A stretch of 64,000 bases of DNA, from assembly GCA_013239625.1 (NCBI GenBank), contig MU054323.1, positions 3,894,161-3,958,160 of the forward strand. The letters are read 5' to 3'. The stretch comes from Lama guanicoe (taxonomy: Eukaryota). How positions within the stretch are numbered: the stretch's first letter is position 1; the number at the start of each line of letters is the position of its first letter. The notes beneath the pieces are model-generated. The model made no database searches. It saw nothing but the letters and a program-made list of their open reading frames with translations, and was not told the DNA's origin. The position numbers and the translations under genes were made by a program. This document shows positions 12,601 to 24,330 of this stretch, one piece after another.

Positions 12601-15216
12601 AAGCTCAGCCAGTTTGGGGGGAAAAAGGATTTAGACCCAGGAGCTTAACAAGGTAGGTGGAGCTGGTGAAAGTGCATGTATCATCTGGACACCTTATCAA
12701 AAAGGCCACACTGACTTCGCCCCCTGAGCACCCAAATGTGGTATTATCCAGGCCCCAGATGCCTGATGGATGAGTCTCTGCTCTTCCCAACTTCCCAGGG
12801 CCTTCTGTCTTGCCATGGGTGTAATGGAAAGTTTTAGGTCCCAAGGCTACATATTTGGTAAAATCATCAGTATTTTAAAGAGATTATTTATGCCAACAAC
12901 TGTTCATCTTTTCCCTTAAATGACCTGAGGCCATGACCACAGCTGATTTTTCCCCTGCTTCCTTTGACCTCTGAGATTTGGGGGTCTGTCAAGAGTTTCC
13001 TAACACTCAGAAGGCCTTTGAGCACCAATCACATAGCAAGGAAGTGAGGGGCTCATAGGGACTTTGAGGGGAGATATGGGGCATTTGTCTCTCCAAAGAC
13101 CACATGAATGATTTTTAATATTTGATACTTGGATTGCATTTTCTTGTGCTATTGGACACCACCAAACATTTTTGGAAGTAAGGGCAAGACAAATATCAGT
13201 CTCTTGCCATTTGGTATAAAGCTTTTTCTTTCTTTCTTTGGTTTCAATGTCTGCACCTCTTATAATGTCTGGGTAATTGAAAGGCCTCTGACTGATAAAA
13301 AAATATTTCTCCCTGGAGCCCAGAAGCATGAGTTCAGAGACAGTCTTTGCCAAGACTACGTAACTGCATAATGGCTGGCATGTGTGACAAGGGCTTAGTG
13401 GTCTCACTGACAGAAGAACCTATTAGTCCAAGGAAGATGGGAGAGACTTAACTTGGCCAGCACTCATTTGGATTCTCAGTCAGAGCATGGGAGGGCACCA
13501 GGACATATTGCCTGGGAAAAGATGATTTGGGGGGACTAGGTATGGTCCTTAAATCTCTCCAAGGCAAGAAGGAGAGGAAACAGGCTGTGTGGTCCCAGAG
13601 GGCACGGGTAGGACTCGCTAGATAGGAGATGTGGAGAGAGGCACATATGACACCAATAGAAGGCAGAACTTTCTAACAGAAGGCAGTTTTGCCTCAAATT
13701 CTGGGGAAAGATAGCAGAAGCTGGAGGAATACTCATCACTGATGAACGAGACCTAAGAAGCCAAATGTGCACTAAGACCATACGAGCTGGTGGTCCTTAA
13801 TAAAATTACACACACACCAAAAAACAAAACAAAACCCCGATAAAGTCCTGACCTTTTATAAAATAACAATACTGCTTGTGTTTCGTGCAAAAATAATGAA
13901 GCAGGAGGAAGGAGGAAAGAATGGTACAAATTTAGAAATTTATGAGACATTTGATTATCATGTATCTTGTAAAAGAAATGATGATTGTTCATCCAAGATT
14001 AGAGTAATACTAGCAACCTGGGTCATGCTTGATCTCTTCAGCTCAAGGGAGAATAGCTCCTCCTTGAACAAAGTCCAGCCAGTCTCAGTGTGTTGAAGGG
14101 AAGTGTCTACAGAGTAGGTCCCTCTGGGAGATGAGGACAGCTGGTGGAATTTTCGTCTATACCTCCGCCCACACGTAGCCCATTCCCAAGGCATATGGCT
14201 GCCACCAGGCCAAAGAAGTCCCCCAAGTGCTGTGCTGCATGGCAGACCTCAGAGGCCTGACTGGTGTCCTCCATCACCCCCATCCCCACCCCCACCATGT
14301 GTCTCTTCGTCTCTGAGATAATGCTGGTTGCTGCGTTGCCATCCCACCCTTCTGCTGCTATACAGAGGGCACACTCAGGCAACTCAACCATAANNNNNNN
14401 NNNNNNNNNNNNNNNNNNNNNNNNNNNNNNNNNNNNNNNNNNNNNNNNNNNNNNNNNNNNNNNNNNNNNNNNNNNNNNNNNNNNNNNNNNNNNNNNNNNN
14501 NNNNNNNNNNNNNNNNNNNNNNNNNNNNNNNNNNNNNNNNNNNNNNNNNNNNNNNNNNNNNNNNNNNNNNNNNCAAAATGTAACTAACAGCTGATTCAGT
14601 TTTAAAACCCCAGCCCTCTCACTCCCACACCTGAGTTGTATATTTTATCTGAAGGGCTGTTTCATGTTCCAGAATCAGCTCTGTTTGCAAGCGAGCTGTC
14701 ACAATTTTATGGCCTCGACTTTAAAGAGAAGGACATTTCTTTCCCGGAGAAGAAGGCTAATAGGAGGTAAAATGCAGGGATTATGGGCTCTCCCACAAAT
14801 CCAGGCTAGCAGATGCGCCTCTTTTCTGTAATCAAAATGAATGTTTTCTTTGGACCCAGCTAGGAAGGCCACTTAAAACATCCCGGGAACAGGAGACATG
14901 TGCCAGGCCAGATAACAGATTGGAAGCAGACGGTGAGGAAAGCAGGTGTCTAGCCCTTTGGAGTACCTGCTCCTCTCCCTCTTCAGGACAGGTAATTTTA
15001 AAAAATGACAAGGTGATTTTCTTTTTTTAAGTGAAAAATGGGAGATGGCATATGGTTAGCATTGCTCCCTGCCCTGCCCTTCACCTCCGTTAACGATCTG
15101 CTTTCTTCCCCCCTGGCTGGGGCTACGAGGAGCTCTGTTTTGCATTCTTTTCCTCCTTAACTTTGTACCAGGCCATTTGAGTCTGCAGGGGAGGACACCC
15201 CACAACTAAGAGCCTT

Positions 15217-15380
15217 TGGAGCAGTGGAAAGAGCTTAGATTAGGGATTTCAGATGAGTTAAAATCCCTATTCTGCCACTTACCCGCTGACCCTCAGGCAA
15301 GTCACTTGTCTTCTGTCTTCTCACTGGGAATAAAAGGGAAAGAACTACCACATCACAGGTGCATTGTGGGCATTATGTGG
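15217..15380 (+). mobile_element. MIR SINE
   Basis: gcagtggaaagagc...aatccctattctgccacttac...caggcaagtcactt. Confidence 0.75.
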
Positions 15381-15454
15381 GGTCCCCAGTGAAAGCTCCT
15401 GTGAGGACAGAGTCTGACTGCCATTGATCAGAGTTAACTTTTGCTCGTAAACAA

Positions 15455-15615
15455 ACACTTTCCCCTCTCTGAGCCTCGGTTTTCTCATCTGTATGACGGG
15501 CATAATAACCCCTCACAGGGTTGTTAAAAGAAGTAAAGGAAATACGTATGGAAAGTGCTTAGCAGAGTGCCCGCCACACTGTAGGCACAATGAGTTCTTA
15601 CCATCATTGCTGTTA
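15455..15615 (+). mobile_element. MIR SINE (3' half)
   Basis: cctctctgagcctcggttttctcatctgta...ataacccctcacagggttgtt...aaagtgcttagcagagtgcc. Confidence 0.85.
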
Positions 15616-16379
15616 TTTAAGCAGAGATTAGGCTGTTTGACAACCAGTCTGACTCACCACATGGCTAAAGTCTAGTGAAGGCAAAACAGGCACTCCATAC
15701 CCTGCTCCCCTTGCTCATGGTAGAGCCCTTGTTTGACTGCAGTTTCCACCCATCTCTGGCCTTTGGCTGCTTCTCACTCTTGGGCCAGTACACGTGCTTT
15801 GGACTCATCATATGAGCTTTGTTGGCCAAGCTGGGTGACAACCCATAGTGTCTAGGGATTTAACTCAGATCCCCGCCTTGGGCTGTTTCAGCCCCCAGAT
15901 GCCTTAAACAGGGCCTCTTGTGTTATCTCTTATCCCTGCATCGCACATACCTGCTCTGGGCTGTTCCACCTCCCTCAGGTGGGTCAACCTCAACCTCCCA
16001 TGAGAAGAATAAATGATTAAAGGTGGGCAGGGAATTAGTGCATCCTAGATCTTTCCCCTGCATTCCTACCTAGGGACGCCAAACCCTGCTTTCATCCTGC
16101 TCTACTCATTCCATCCTTTCAAACCTGCTCTACTCATTCCAGTTTGACAACAACACAGAACAAAAGAAACACCAGTAAAAGAGACTTGCTAACAGCAGTG
16201 GGATGAATGATGGCCCCAAAGGTAGTACTGATGGTATAAATTTGTGCCCTACTCCCAGTGTGTCCCCTTTGGGGGATCAGTCTTCATTTTGGCTGACATC
16301 AACTCAGCTCGCCCTCTTTGCCCACACTGCCTGCTTCATGCTCCCTCCTGGGGCTCTTTAGTTTTTCTTGATTTTTGAG

Positions 16380-16482
16380 GTGCCATCTCCCAAGTGAGAC
16401 TGAATTCGTAGAAGGTGGATACTATGGTCTAAACCACCTTGTTCACCCCGTATCTCCCATCACAGAGCAGAACCTTAATAAA
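16380..16482 (+). mobile_element. L2 3' end
   Basis: ctcccaagtgagactgaa...cttgttcaccccgtatctccca...aataaa. Confidence 0.5.
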
Positions 16483-16489
16483 GACTGAA

Positions 16490-16689
16490 GCAAGAGAGCC
16501 CAGGCCACAGGGAGAGGCCGTGCTGGAGGTGTTCAGTTGAGGTCCCAGTTTCCTTCTTGGGGGGACCTGGATGAGAACCATCTTGCTGAACCCATTCAAC
16601 CACTAGACCTATGAGAAGTAATAATAAATGATTGTTTAATACCATTGGTTTTGGGGTGGCTTGTTGAGCAGTAATAGATACTTAGATCA
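16490..16689 (+). mobile_element. MaLR LTR 3' part (MLT1H/I/J-like)
   Basis: ccaggccacagggagaggcc...gctgaaccca...aataataaatgattgttta...ttttggggtggcttgtt...gcagtaatagata. Confidence 0.75.
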
Positions 16690-17467
16690 CGGGTCACTTA
16701 AACGTATCTTCTGGCTGTTTGTATGGTCATGAGTGCCACCAGCCATGCCCCCTGGAAAGGCCTAAAGTGCCACTGCCAGCTGGTAGTGGGTAGTGGCTCC
16801 AGGCTGCAGCAGCAGTATCCTGCTCAACCTGCATGCCAGGCCTCAGGACTGCCGGGGACCTTGGGCTATGGGATTCCTTTGGCTGGACACCCTGCCTGGG
16901 GAGGCGTTGGCTGCCTGGCCCCTGGGGAGTGACCCACCCTTCCTTCTCCAGCAGAGCTGGGAAGATATCCAGGGCCAGCTGTGTGCTTTGGAAAGCTACT
17001 TCTCTAGTTCCCCAGCTCTTTCCCCTGTGCAGGAGTATAAGATTAACCTCCAGTTTTACACCCTGGAACTCTGAGTACCATACAAGTTTCAGTGTTTTTC
17101 AGGTGCAAGTTCTTTATTTGGCTTTTAGCAAATGAGTGCAATAACAAGACTGGAATATGTAAGGTCCTTAGGGGGGTCAGTCTGGGAACTGCAAGAGTAA
17201 AGGGGTTTCTAGTTACCCTCTGGCTTATGCTCAAAGTCCTCACTCTCCCTGAAGAATGGGTGTGAAGGCTCAGGTTATGCAATGGTCTGGGAATGGAGAC
17301 TTGGAAGAGAGGACTGAGGTTCCCCAGAATCACAATACATGCCATTAGCTAGCAAGCAGGTGGTCAGACTGAAAGGAAGGCCAGGGAGGCCTGTAAAGAG
17401 GGTGTGTGATAAGCATGGTACATTCTTCCAAGACATACTTTCAGCAGCTATACTCATCTATCAGCCC

Positions 17468-17819
17468 TGCTATGGACTGAATATGTATATCCCCCTGCCC
17501 CAAACTCATAATTTGAAGCCCAGATCCCCAGTATGATGGTATTTGTAGATGAGGGAAAATTAGGTTTAGATGAGGTCATGTAGGTGGAGCCCCCATGATG
17601 AATTAGTGGCCTTACAAGGAGAAGAGACCAGAGCCCTCTCTGCGAGGACACAGCAAGAAGGTGGCCATCTACAAATCAGAAAGAGGGCCNNNNNNNNNNN
17701 NNNNNNNNNNNNNNNNNNNNNNNNNNNNNNNNNNNNNNNNNNNNNNNNNNNNNNNNNNNNNNNNNNNNNNNNNNNNNNNNNNNNNNNNNNNNNNNNNNNN
17801 NNNNNNNNNNNNNNNNNNA
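17468..17819 (+). mobile_element. MLT1A-type MaLR solo LTR (3' part inside an N-gap)
   Basis: tgctatggactgaat...attaggtttagatgaggtcatg...gaggacacagcaagaaggtggccatct; the same 5-mer agccc lies at 17463-17467 and at 17820-17824 (candidate TSD). Confidence 0.9.
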
Positions 17820-17869
17820 AGCCCTAGGACCGTTTTGTTTTTTTTTAAATTTTGTCTGACAGGCCCAGA

Positions 17870-17990
17870 TGAACTTAAAAGATCATCTCCTCCAGCTTGA
17901 TCTGTTTACAGGTGAAGGCCCTTGTGGCCAGGGGACTTGTTCAAGGTCACACAGCAGTGTGGAGAACAGCCTCTGCAATGTGAGTGTCCC
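17870..17990 (-). mobile_element. MIR fragment
   Basis: agatcatct...tttacaggtgaagg...gacttgttcaaggtcacacagc. Confidence 0.65.
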
Positions 17991-18327
17991 GCCATAGCAA
18001 AGCCTTGCCTTTCAAATCAGAAAAGTACTGGCTTTTACTGGTCACTACTGTGGTGCTCATCTACACTGAAGAGAGTAGGGAACAGAGACAGTTATCCAGC
18101 TAATCCACCAAGCAAACCCCACTGATAAAAGAGGGAATTTCTTGACAGGGACTGGTTCTCTGTAGGGATTCGAAATCCCTGTTTGTGTGCTCAAGACTCC
18201 AGGGCAATTTGTAGGGATACAGCCAGAGACATAAATAATCATGCCCACATATAACAGAGCCCAGTTCTCTTGTAGCTTTTGAATTCACAAAAAGCTTAAT
18301 TTCAGCGGCTCTGCTGACAGACTAATT

Positions 18328-18435
18328 AAGTTCAAGTTCTGAATCTAATACGACTAGCTGTGTGATCTTAGGTAAGCTACGTAGCCTCTCTGTGCTCAGT
18401 TTTCTTCCCTCCCTTGTGAGATTGTTGTAAAGACT
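18328..18435 (+). mobile_element. MIR fragment
   Basis: gttcaagttc...actagctgtgtgatcttaggtaagctac...cctctctgtgctcagtttt. Confidence 0.75.
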
Positions 18436-18979
18436 TTTGTTTCACTCTCTCTCTTTCTATCTTAGAGAAGTTCCTGATTATTAATTACAATGCTATTGTT
18501 TGTCATTATTTTTATCTGAAAGTTTAATTTTCATTGTAACTAGCCATGGGGAGCTTACGGCCTACAAAAGCTACACAATAGTGTGTTTTATTTCGACAGC
18601 ATGTTGTTTAATACAAATTTGGATTTGCATGTGTTTGATGGGTTACCTGCTCTTTGTATTGCCACAGTCCCACCACTTACACTTCAGATATTTTTATTAA
18701 CAGCCAGGTCCCTGTAGGCCCTGAGGTTTGTACATTATGGTCTATTAGGAAGGTTAATTGATCAGATTAGGACATTGCATTCATGGGTGTAAGAATCTCT
18801 GGTAAGGGAGGTGATGTTTGAAGTCAGGGAAAGCATTTTTGCAGTGTACCATGGTAGTGGTCAACCACATCCTGTCTTCTCCTTTGCACCCATGCCTGTG
18901 GGAGATATGATGGAAGCCAGAAGAATTTGAAGCAGTGACTGCCCATGGACAGGCACGCACGTGTGTGTGCACCAATATT

Positions 18980-19263
18980 TCAGTCCTGGTCTGAAGGCTG
19001 GAAAAGACCAATGTCCCAGTTTAAACAGAGAGACAAGAGGAGTTCCCTCTTATTTAAGAAAAGGCCAGCCTTTCTGTTCTCTGCGGGTCTTCAACTGCAT
19101 GAGGCCCACTAATGTTAGGGAGGGGAATCTACTTTACTCAGTTACTGATTCAGATGTTAACATCATCCAAAAACACTCTCACAGACACACCCAGAGTAAT
19201 GTTTGGTCAAATGTCAGGTACCCCATAGCACAGTCAAGTAGACACGTAAAATCAACCATCACA
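18980..19263 (-). mobile_element. MLT2B/C-type ERVL LTR (partial)
   Basis: aagaccaatgtcccag...gagttccctctta...tgaggcccact...ctttactcag...catccaaaaacactctcacagacacacccaga...gtcaagtagacacgtaaaatcaaccatcaca. Confidence 0.88.
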
Positions 19264-20494
19264 CATACCCTCATGGAGGCACCCCAGTTTGGAGCTGTAC
19301 CAGCCCAGTATTCCAGGAGTGCATGCTGTGTGGCTTCATCGGGGGCCACACTGATTCCTTGGCAGTGTCAGGTATTCCTGCTCCCGATGGGGGCCGTGCA
19401 CGGTGATGCTTGCTGTTTGGGGGCAGTTGTCAGCTCCTGGAGTGGAGCTCTGTGACTGAGGCCTCCCACTGATAAACGGCTTAGAATGAACAATTTCTCT
19501 TTGCTGTGATTCCCTCACAGGATGATTTTCTCCAGACTCTAGTGGGATGGAGGGGCTATTTCAACACCTGCCACAGTAGCTGGGAAGTGAACAGTCAGGA
19601 GACTGTGGCTTAAAGGCTCTTTGTCTTCATTCCCAGCTCTGAAACACATGCTCTGAAGGGCAGGAATTTCCCTGTCCTCAGACATGTCTGCCTCTACCGT
19701 GAGAAGTTAGCAGACCCACCTTTTAGTTGATGCACTTATCTCTCTTGTTTATTTTGGCCTCTGGCTGCTCAAAACCCACCATCTTATGGGCCACAAGGCC
19801 TGTCCCTTCTCCACAAGTGCCTCAGCTCCAGAAGCAGCCTCTTCCCAAATCCACCACATCATAACAGATCCCCGCTGGGTGAAGGGCATCCATTAAGGAA
19901 AATTCACATTAAGTAGGAAAAGATAGATAAGCCTACCTCACTCATCCTGTGGGCCCTGATCTTATTTAGAGACAGAACCGTGGTAAATGGACTAATTTCT
20001 AACTGGGGAGATACTTTGGTGGCAGAACCAAGTGAAAGGGAGAAGGACAGACAGAGTAGATGGGGGAGATGGCTGAGGCCTATGATCAGGGTGGGTCTTG
20101 AGTATTGGAGTACTGCAGTACTGGAGTCACATAGCACTTTCTGAAACCTCCTAGAACTCACGGTCACTCACACTGTGGCCCAGCTTGGCTCATCTTTCCT
20201 TTGCAGCTGGCTTCAGAATTGGCAGCCTTGCTGTGGCTTGGCAGTTGCCCTCCCAGGAAGACACATTGGCCTGTTTTCTGAGGGAGGCAGGAGCCCTCTC
20301 CAGCCCCTCTCACCCAGCGGGGCCAAGCCAGGTTCAGTGAGGAGACAAATGCACTCCTTCCGATCTGCGGGCCAGGCAGCCAGGAATAAGCTAAGGAGGC
20401 TGAGGGAAGGGTGTGCACAGTCTTGGTTTCCTTGAAACAAGTGTAATCCTACCTCAGGATTCTCAGTCCTACATGACCAGGCTGCATCAGACGT

Positions 20495-21293
20495 ATTTAC
20501 TTATTTTTCGATAATGCGTGTACACGATATAAAACCCAAAGGGCTCACAAGGGTGTGCAGCCAAAAGTGAGTCTCCTTCTCACCCTAACCTCAGTCTCCC
20601 AGTTTCTTTCCCCAAAGGAACCAGCTTCTTAGATGAACTTCTGGAATGAGACTCTGCATTTCTAAGCACATATATTATTTTTTTAAGGGAAATGGTAGCA
20701 TTCTGTACAAAAAGTTCTGTATCTTTATTTCATATTACTTCCCTCGGAGATCATTTCATGTTAGGACATACAGAACTACCTAAATGTATTTACAGCTCTG
20801 CATTATGACATTGCATTGATGTACTTTGATTTGTTTTATTAGTCCTCTGTTGAGGTACATGTGGGTTAGTTTCAATCTTTTGCAGTGCATGGCAGCAGTA
20901 CTGCCATAAATATCATATATCTTAAATCTGTAGGATAAGTACCTAGAAGTGGATTTTTGGGGTCAGAGGTCATGAAATGCCTTTGGAATTTTGATTCCCC
21001 TTGCCCTACGAAAATGTTGTGCCATCTTCCCAGTGATGTCTGAGAGTGCCAATTCCCCACATTTGCGCCAACACAATGTGGTGACAAGTGTTTTGAATTT
21101 TGCCAATTTGATAAGTACAGAATGATATTTCATGATAGTTTTAGTTTGGATTCTTATATTGTGAGTGAAGTTTTGCCTCTTTCATATACGTTTGTATGTG
21201 TATCTGAATTTCCTTTTCCATGTACTGTCTGTTCATAGCTTCTCCTATTTTTCTATTGTATTATTTCTCTTTTCCTACTGATTTATTGGAACT
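20495..21293 (-). mobile_element. Ancient L1 (L1ME-type) 3' region, part 1
   Basis: aaatggtagcattctgtaca...ggagatcatttcat...tctgtaggataagtacctagaagtggatt...gggtcagagg...tttgccaatttgataag...gtctgttcatag. Confidence 0.85.
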
Positions 21294-21793
21294 TGTTGGA
21301 AAAGGGGAGGATTTCCCTTCTTCATGCTTTATACTCTTGAGTGAAAGGACATCAGTAAATGTACGTCTTGTCCTCCTCCTGACCCTTCTCCCTCCCCCAC
21401 ATCGACTGTAGAGAAGTGAGTTATATGATCAGTAAGTTTGGGAGGAGGAAGTGGACATGCCTTGCCTCTCTCGCCCTGCCCTTTGAGATCTGCTTCCCTG
21501 CAGAACACAGGTGCTCCTGGGGGCCCTCGGCTATACAGTCAACTTAGCGACAAAGGCCCTGCCCCTGTCACGTGAGGCCTGCAGGTTTCCAGAGCTGCCT
21601 GTGATGTGTGGGCAGATCTGCTTCATTCATTAGGAGGCCCATTGTTTGCACCCCTAAATCATGTTCTCCAAATGCTCCATCAGTAATAAAGCTGGTTTTG
21701 GGGGGTCCTCATATGCCTATTCCTGTGTCTGTTACTTGGTTTGGAATTTGGGTAGGGAAACAGGTGCTGCTTACTACATCCCTCAGACTCAAA
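21294..21793 (+). mobile_element. LTR-like insertion of unassigned family nested in L1ME
   Basis: Starts TGTTGG, carries an AATAAA near 21685, and is GC-richer than the flanking L1; the L1 reads collinearly across it with ggaact / ggagct at the junctions. Confidence 0.6.
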
Positions 21794-22062
21794 GGAGCTT
21801 TTTAAGTCTTAAGGAAACGAATCTTTTACCTGTGATATGAGTTCCAAGTATTTTTCCTAGGTTTTCATTTATCTTTGCTTTTGCTGTTTGGTGTTTTCTT
21901 TCTTGATATGGAAATCTAGTCAAAATGATCGATCTCCTAGTTTATGGATCTTGAGGTTTTGTGTCATGCTTAAAAAGGCATCTTCCCCCTGCTGGATTAT
22001 AAAATGTATTTTTTGTGTTTTCTTCAGGTACACATCTGCTTTCACTTTTCACATTTAATCCT
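21794..22062 (-). mobile_element. Ancient L1 (L1ME-type), part 2
   Basis: ggagctttt...taagga...gtatttttcc...tagtcaaa...ttgtgtcatgcttaaaaaggc...ttttcacatttaatc continues part 1. Confidence 0.8.
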
Positions 22063-22074
22063 TGTGAGGTCCTT

Positions 22075-22400
22075 CCTAGGGTGGCAGGCTACCGGGAGCC
22101 TGGACTGACTCTGAGGGAGTGGAAATTTGGGAATGGACTTTGGGAGGTGGCAAAAGAAGGAGGGCCAAGGGAAAGCCCCCCCCTGTCTGTGCTTGGGGAC
22201 GGCACCATGCAGTGAGTGTAGTTACGGATCAGACGCGGGTCTTCAGAGTGGCCTGAGCACTCCAGGGGCCACGGTGGGGAGGTGGAGGAGCCTGGGTAGC
22301 CTCCATCTGGGGTGCAGAAAGGGAAGGGGCTTTCTCACTCACCCTGAGTTGGGTGGCAGCTGGATTGGAGCCCAGGCCTCCTAACCACAAGCCAAGGGCT
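22075..22400 (-). mobile_element. Possible highly decayed LTR16-like ERVL LTR
   Basis: gactctgaggga...tttgggaggtg...agggaaagcc...gtagttac is a weak resemblance only. Confidence 0.3.
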
Positions 22401-23197
22401 TGTTTTCTTTACTCAGCAGCCCAGGCGCAGCTTGGTTCCAGGTGAACCAGAGAGTTCAGGGGACAGTGTGTCCAGCTCCAAGGCTGAGGGCCCACGTATC
22501 TCCTCACTGTGAGGTCTGCTGTACAGCCTGAACCTGCCTGAGCTCAGCCCCCTGCTCTGGATGCTGGGTCTGCTGGGATGACCAGAAAACGAAGGCAGGA
22601 CTACAGCTGTGGCCTTAGAGAGAAAAGTGGTGATTTGCTTCCTTTCTTTGAAGTAAAATCAACAACAGGCTGCAAACGTGGGATTATTTAGAGACCAAAG
22701 CCTTCCTTCATCGGGTACTTGTTACTCTGTAAGTCCCTTTCACATGTTATAAAGGAACATGCCTTTAGGGGAGCAGGGCAGGCTGTGTGCTTCTCTCCTC
22801 TCCACGTCTTCGTGACTCCACAACCTGAGGACCAGGTTGCGGAGCAGCTCAGCTCCACCCCACCTGTCTGCCAGCAGCCCTCCCATCTGTCTGCCAGCAG
22901 CCCCTCCCTCTTTCCACCAGCACATCCTCGAATGATGAAATAGTCTCTAACTTTTTGTTTTTCATAAGCATAATCATGTTTTTGGTCCTTCTTTTTCTAT
23001 GAATTAGGGTGGGTCTGAGTGAGAGTGAGGATGCCTTATTGTAAGTGGTCATGTGCTGCATGTATGTTTATGTTTTATGTATTAAGTCTTGTAATATCTC
23101 TTCTCTCAGTGATAAGATCAATTCTATGTGCTCTTTGGTGGTTGTATCTTTTTGGCTTCCTTCCCTTTCTGCTCAGAGAGCCCTGAACAGCCTCCAC

Positions 23198-23310
23198 TAG
23201 GGCTACCATATGCAGTTGTGTAAGTTGCGCACTGTGCAACTCTAAGGGGTGCCACTGACTTATAGTCTGTAAGCTGAAATGCACCCTAGGCTTACGGACT
23301 GGCAGCTCTT
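23198..23310 (+). mobile_element. MER91B-like hAT MITE
   Basis: tagggctaccatatgcagttgtgtaagttgcgcactgtgcaactctaaggggtgccact...tagtct...gcaccc...tggcagctct. Confidence 0.75.
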
Positions 23311-23829
23311 TCTCCATCCATTGCACATTTGCAATTTACATAGGCAATTCTAATGCCTTTGTATAATTAGTCACTCATATACAACATCCCAGAGCTATGA
23401 TGGAAATATTTCTTGGGTTACCTGCTGTTGTGGATTATCTGTGCTTAATTCTTCCATTAATGTATGTGATTAAGTGTTACTCCCGTTCTTTTAGTTGAGC
23501 TGAATGGAGAGGATAAGAGGAAACTGTCAGATTATACTGATCCACAGTGAGGTGTGAGTGACTAATATGCCACCCAAGGCCTGGAGGAATCGAGGAAGGC
23601 TATTTCTTGTCAGAGAGGGGTCTTATTCACTTAACGGAAGACTTCAGTGGTAAAAATCACAACTAGATGGGCAGAGGAGGGAAGAATTTGGTCAGGGTGG
23701 GAGAAGATTTGAGGATAGGGCTCTTTAAGGCCCTCACTCTCCTCTGTTACCCCAAGACCAGTCAACTCAGCAGCTGACAGGCTGAGGAGAGCCTTTCCTA
23801 GGGGGCATTTTACGGATTTCATCTCTTTG

Positions 23830-24265
23830 GGATATCTGTTTGTGTGTCAGCTTCCCACCTCCTACAGCAGCAGAAAAGGCCTGAGAATTGTTCCTCATGA
23901 CCCTGACTGCTGGGGGTTGCAGATATGACTTAGAGTCAGCCAATCAAATGCACCCATGCAGAGCTGCAGCAAGGGATGCCAAGGAGCAGACACATTTAGA
24001 TTCTGTCTGCAGAAGAGGAAGCACTCGGGGTGGAGGTTCAGTGCCCTGTGGCAGCGGGACTGAGGGGAACATGCAGCCGTTGGGTGGCAAGCCTTCTGCG
24101 GTCTAGTCTGGCACAACATGCTGGGGCTTCCTCACTTCTAGCCTGTTTCCCAATTCTGCTTCTCCAGATTTCCTGTGGATTCTGTAGGGTCTCTGCTATC
24201 TGTCCCCTAACTCTCATTTCTGCTTATCAGAGTTGGCATCTGTGGTATGCAATGTGAATCCTGAG
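23830..24265 (+). mobile_element. LTR33-like ERVL solo LTR
   Basis: agcagcagaaaaggc...atgacttag...gccaatcaaatgcaccc...tttctgctta...agagttgg...ctgtggtatgcaa...aatcctga. Confidence 0.6.
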
Positions 24266-24330
24266 AGAAATCCCCTCTGCTCATGAAGTCTTGAGGTCTT
24301 ATTGAAGTCAGAGTGATTCTTTCTGGCACG

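Noticed and set aside
18961-19455. 164-aa ORF, and the 159-aa ORF at 41137-41616
   Set aside because: They run through MLT2 and MER20/L2 sequence respectively
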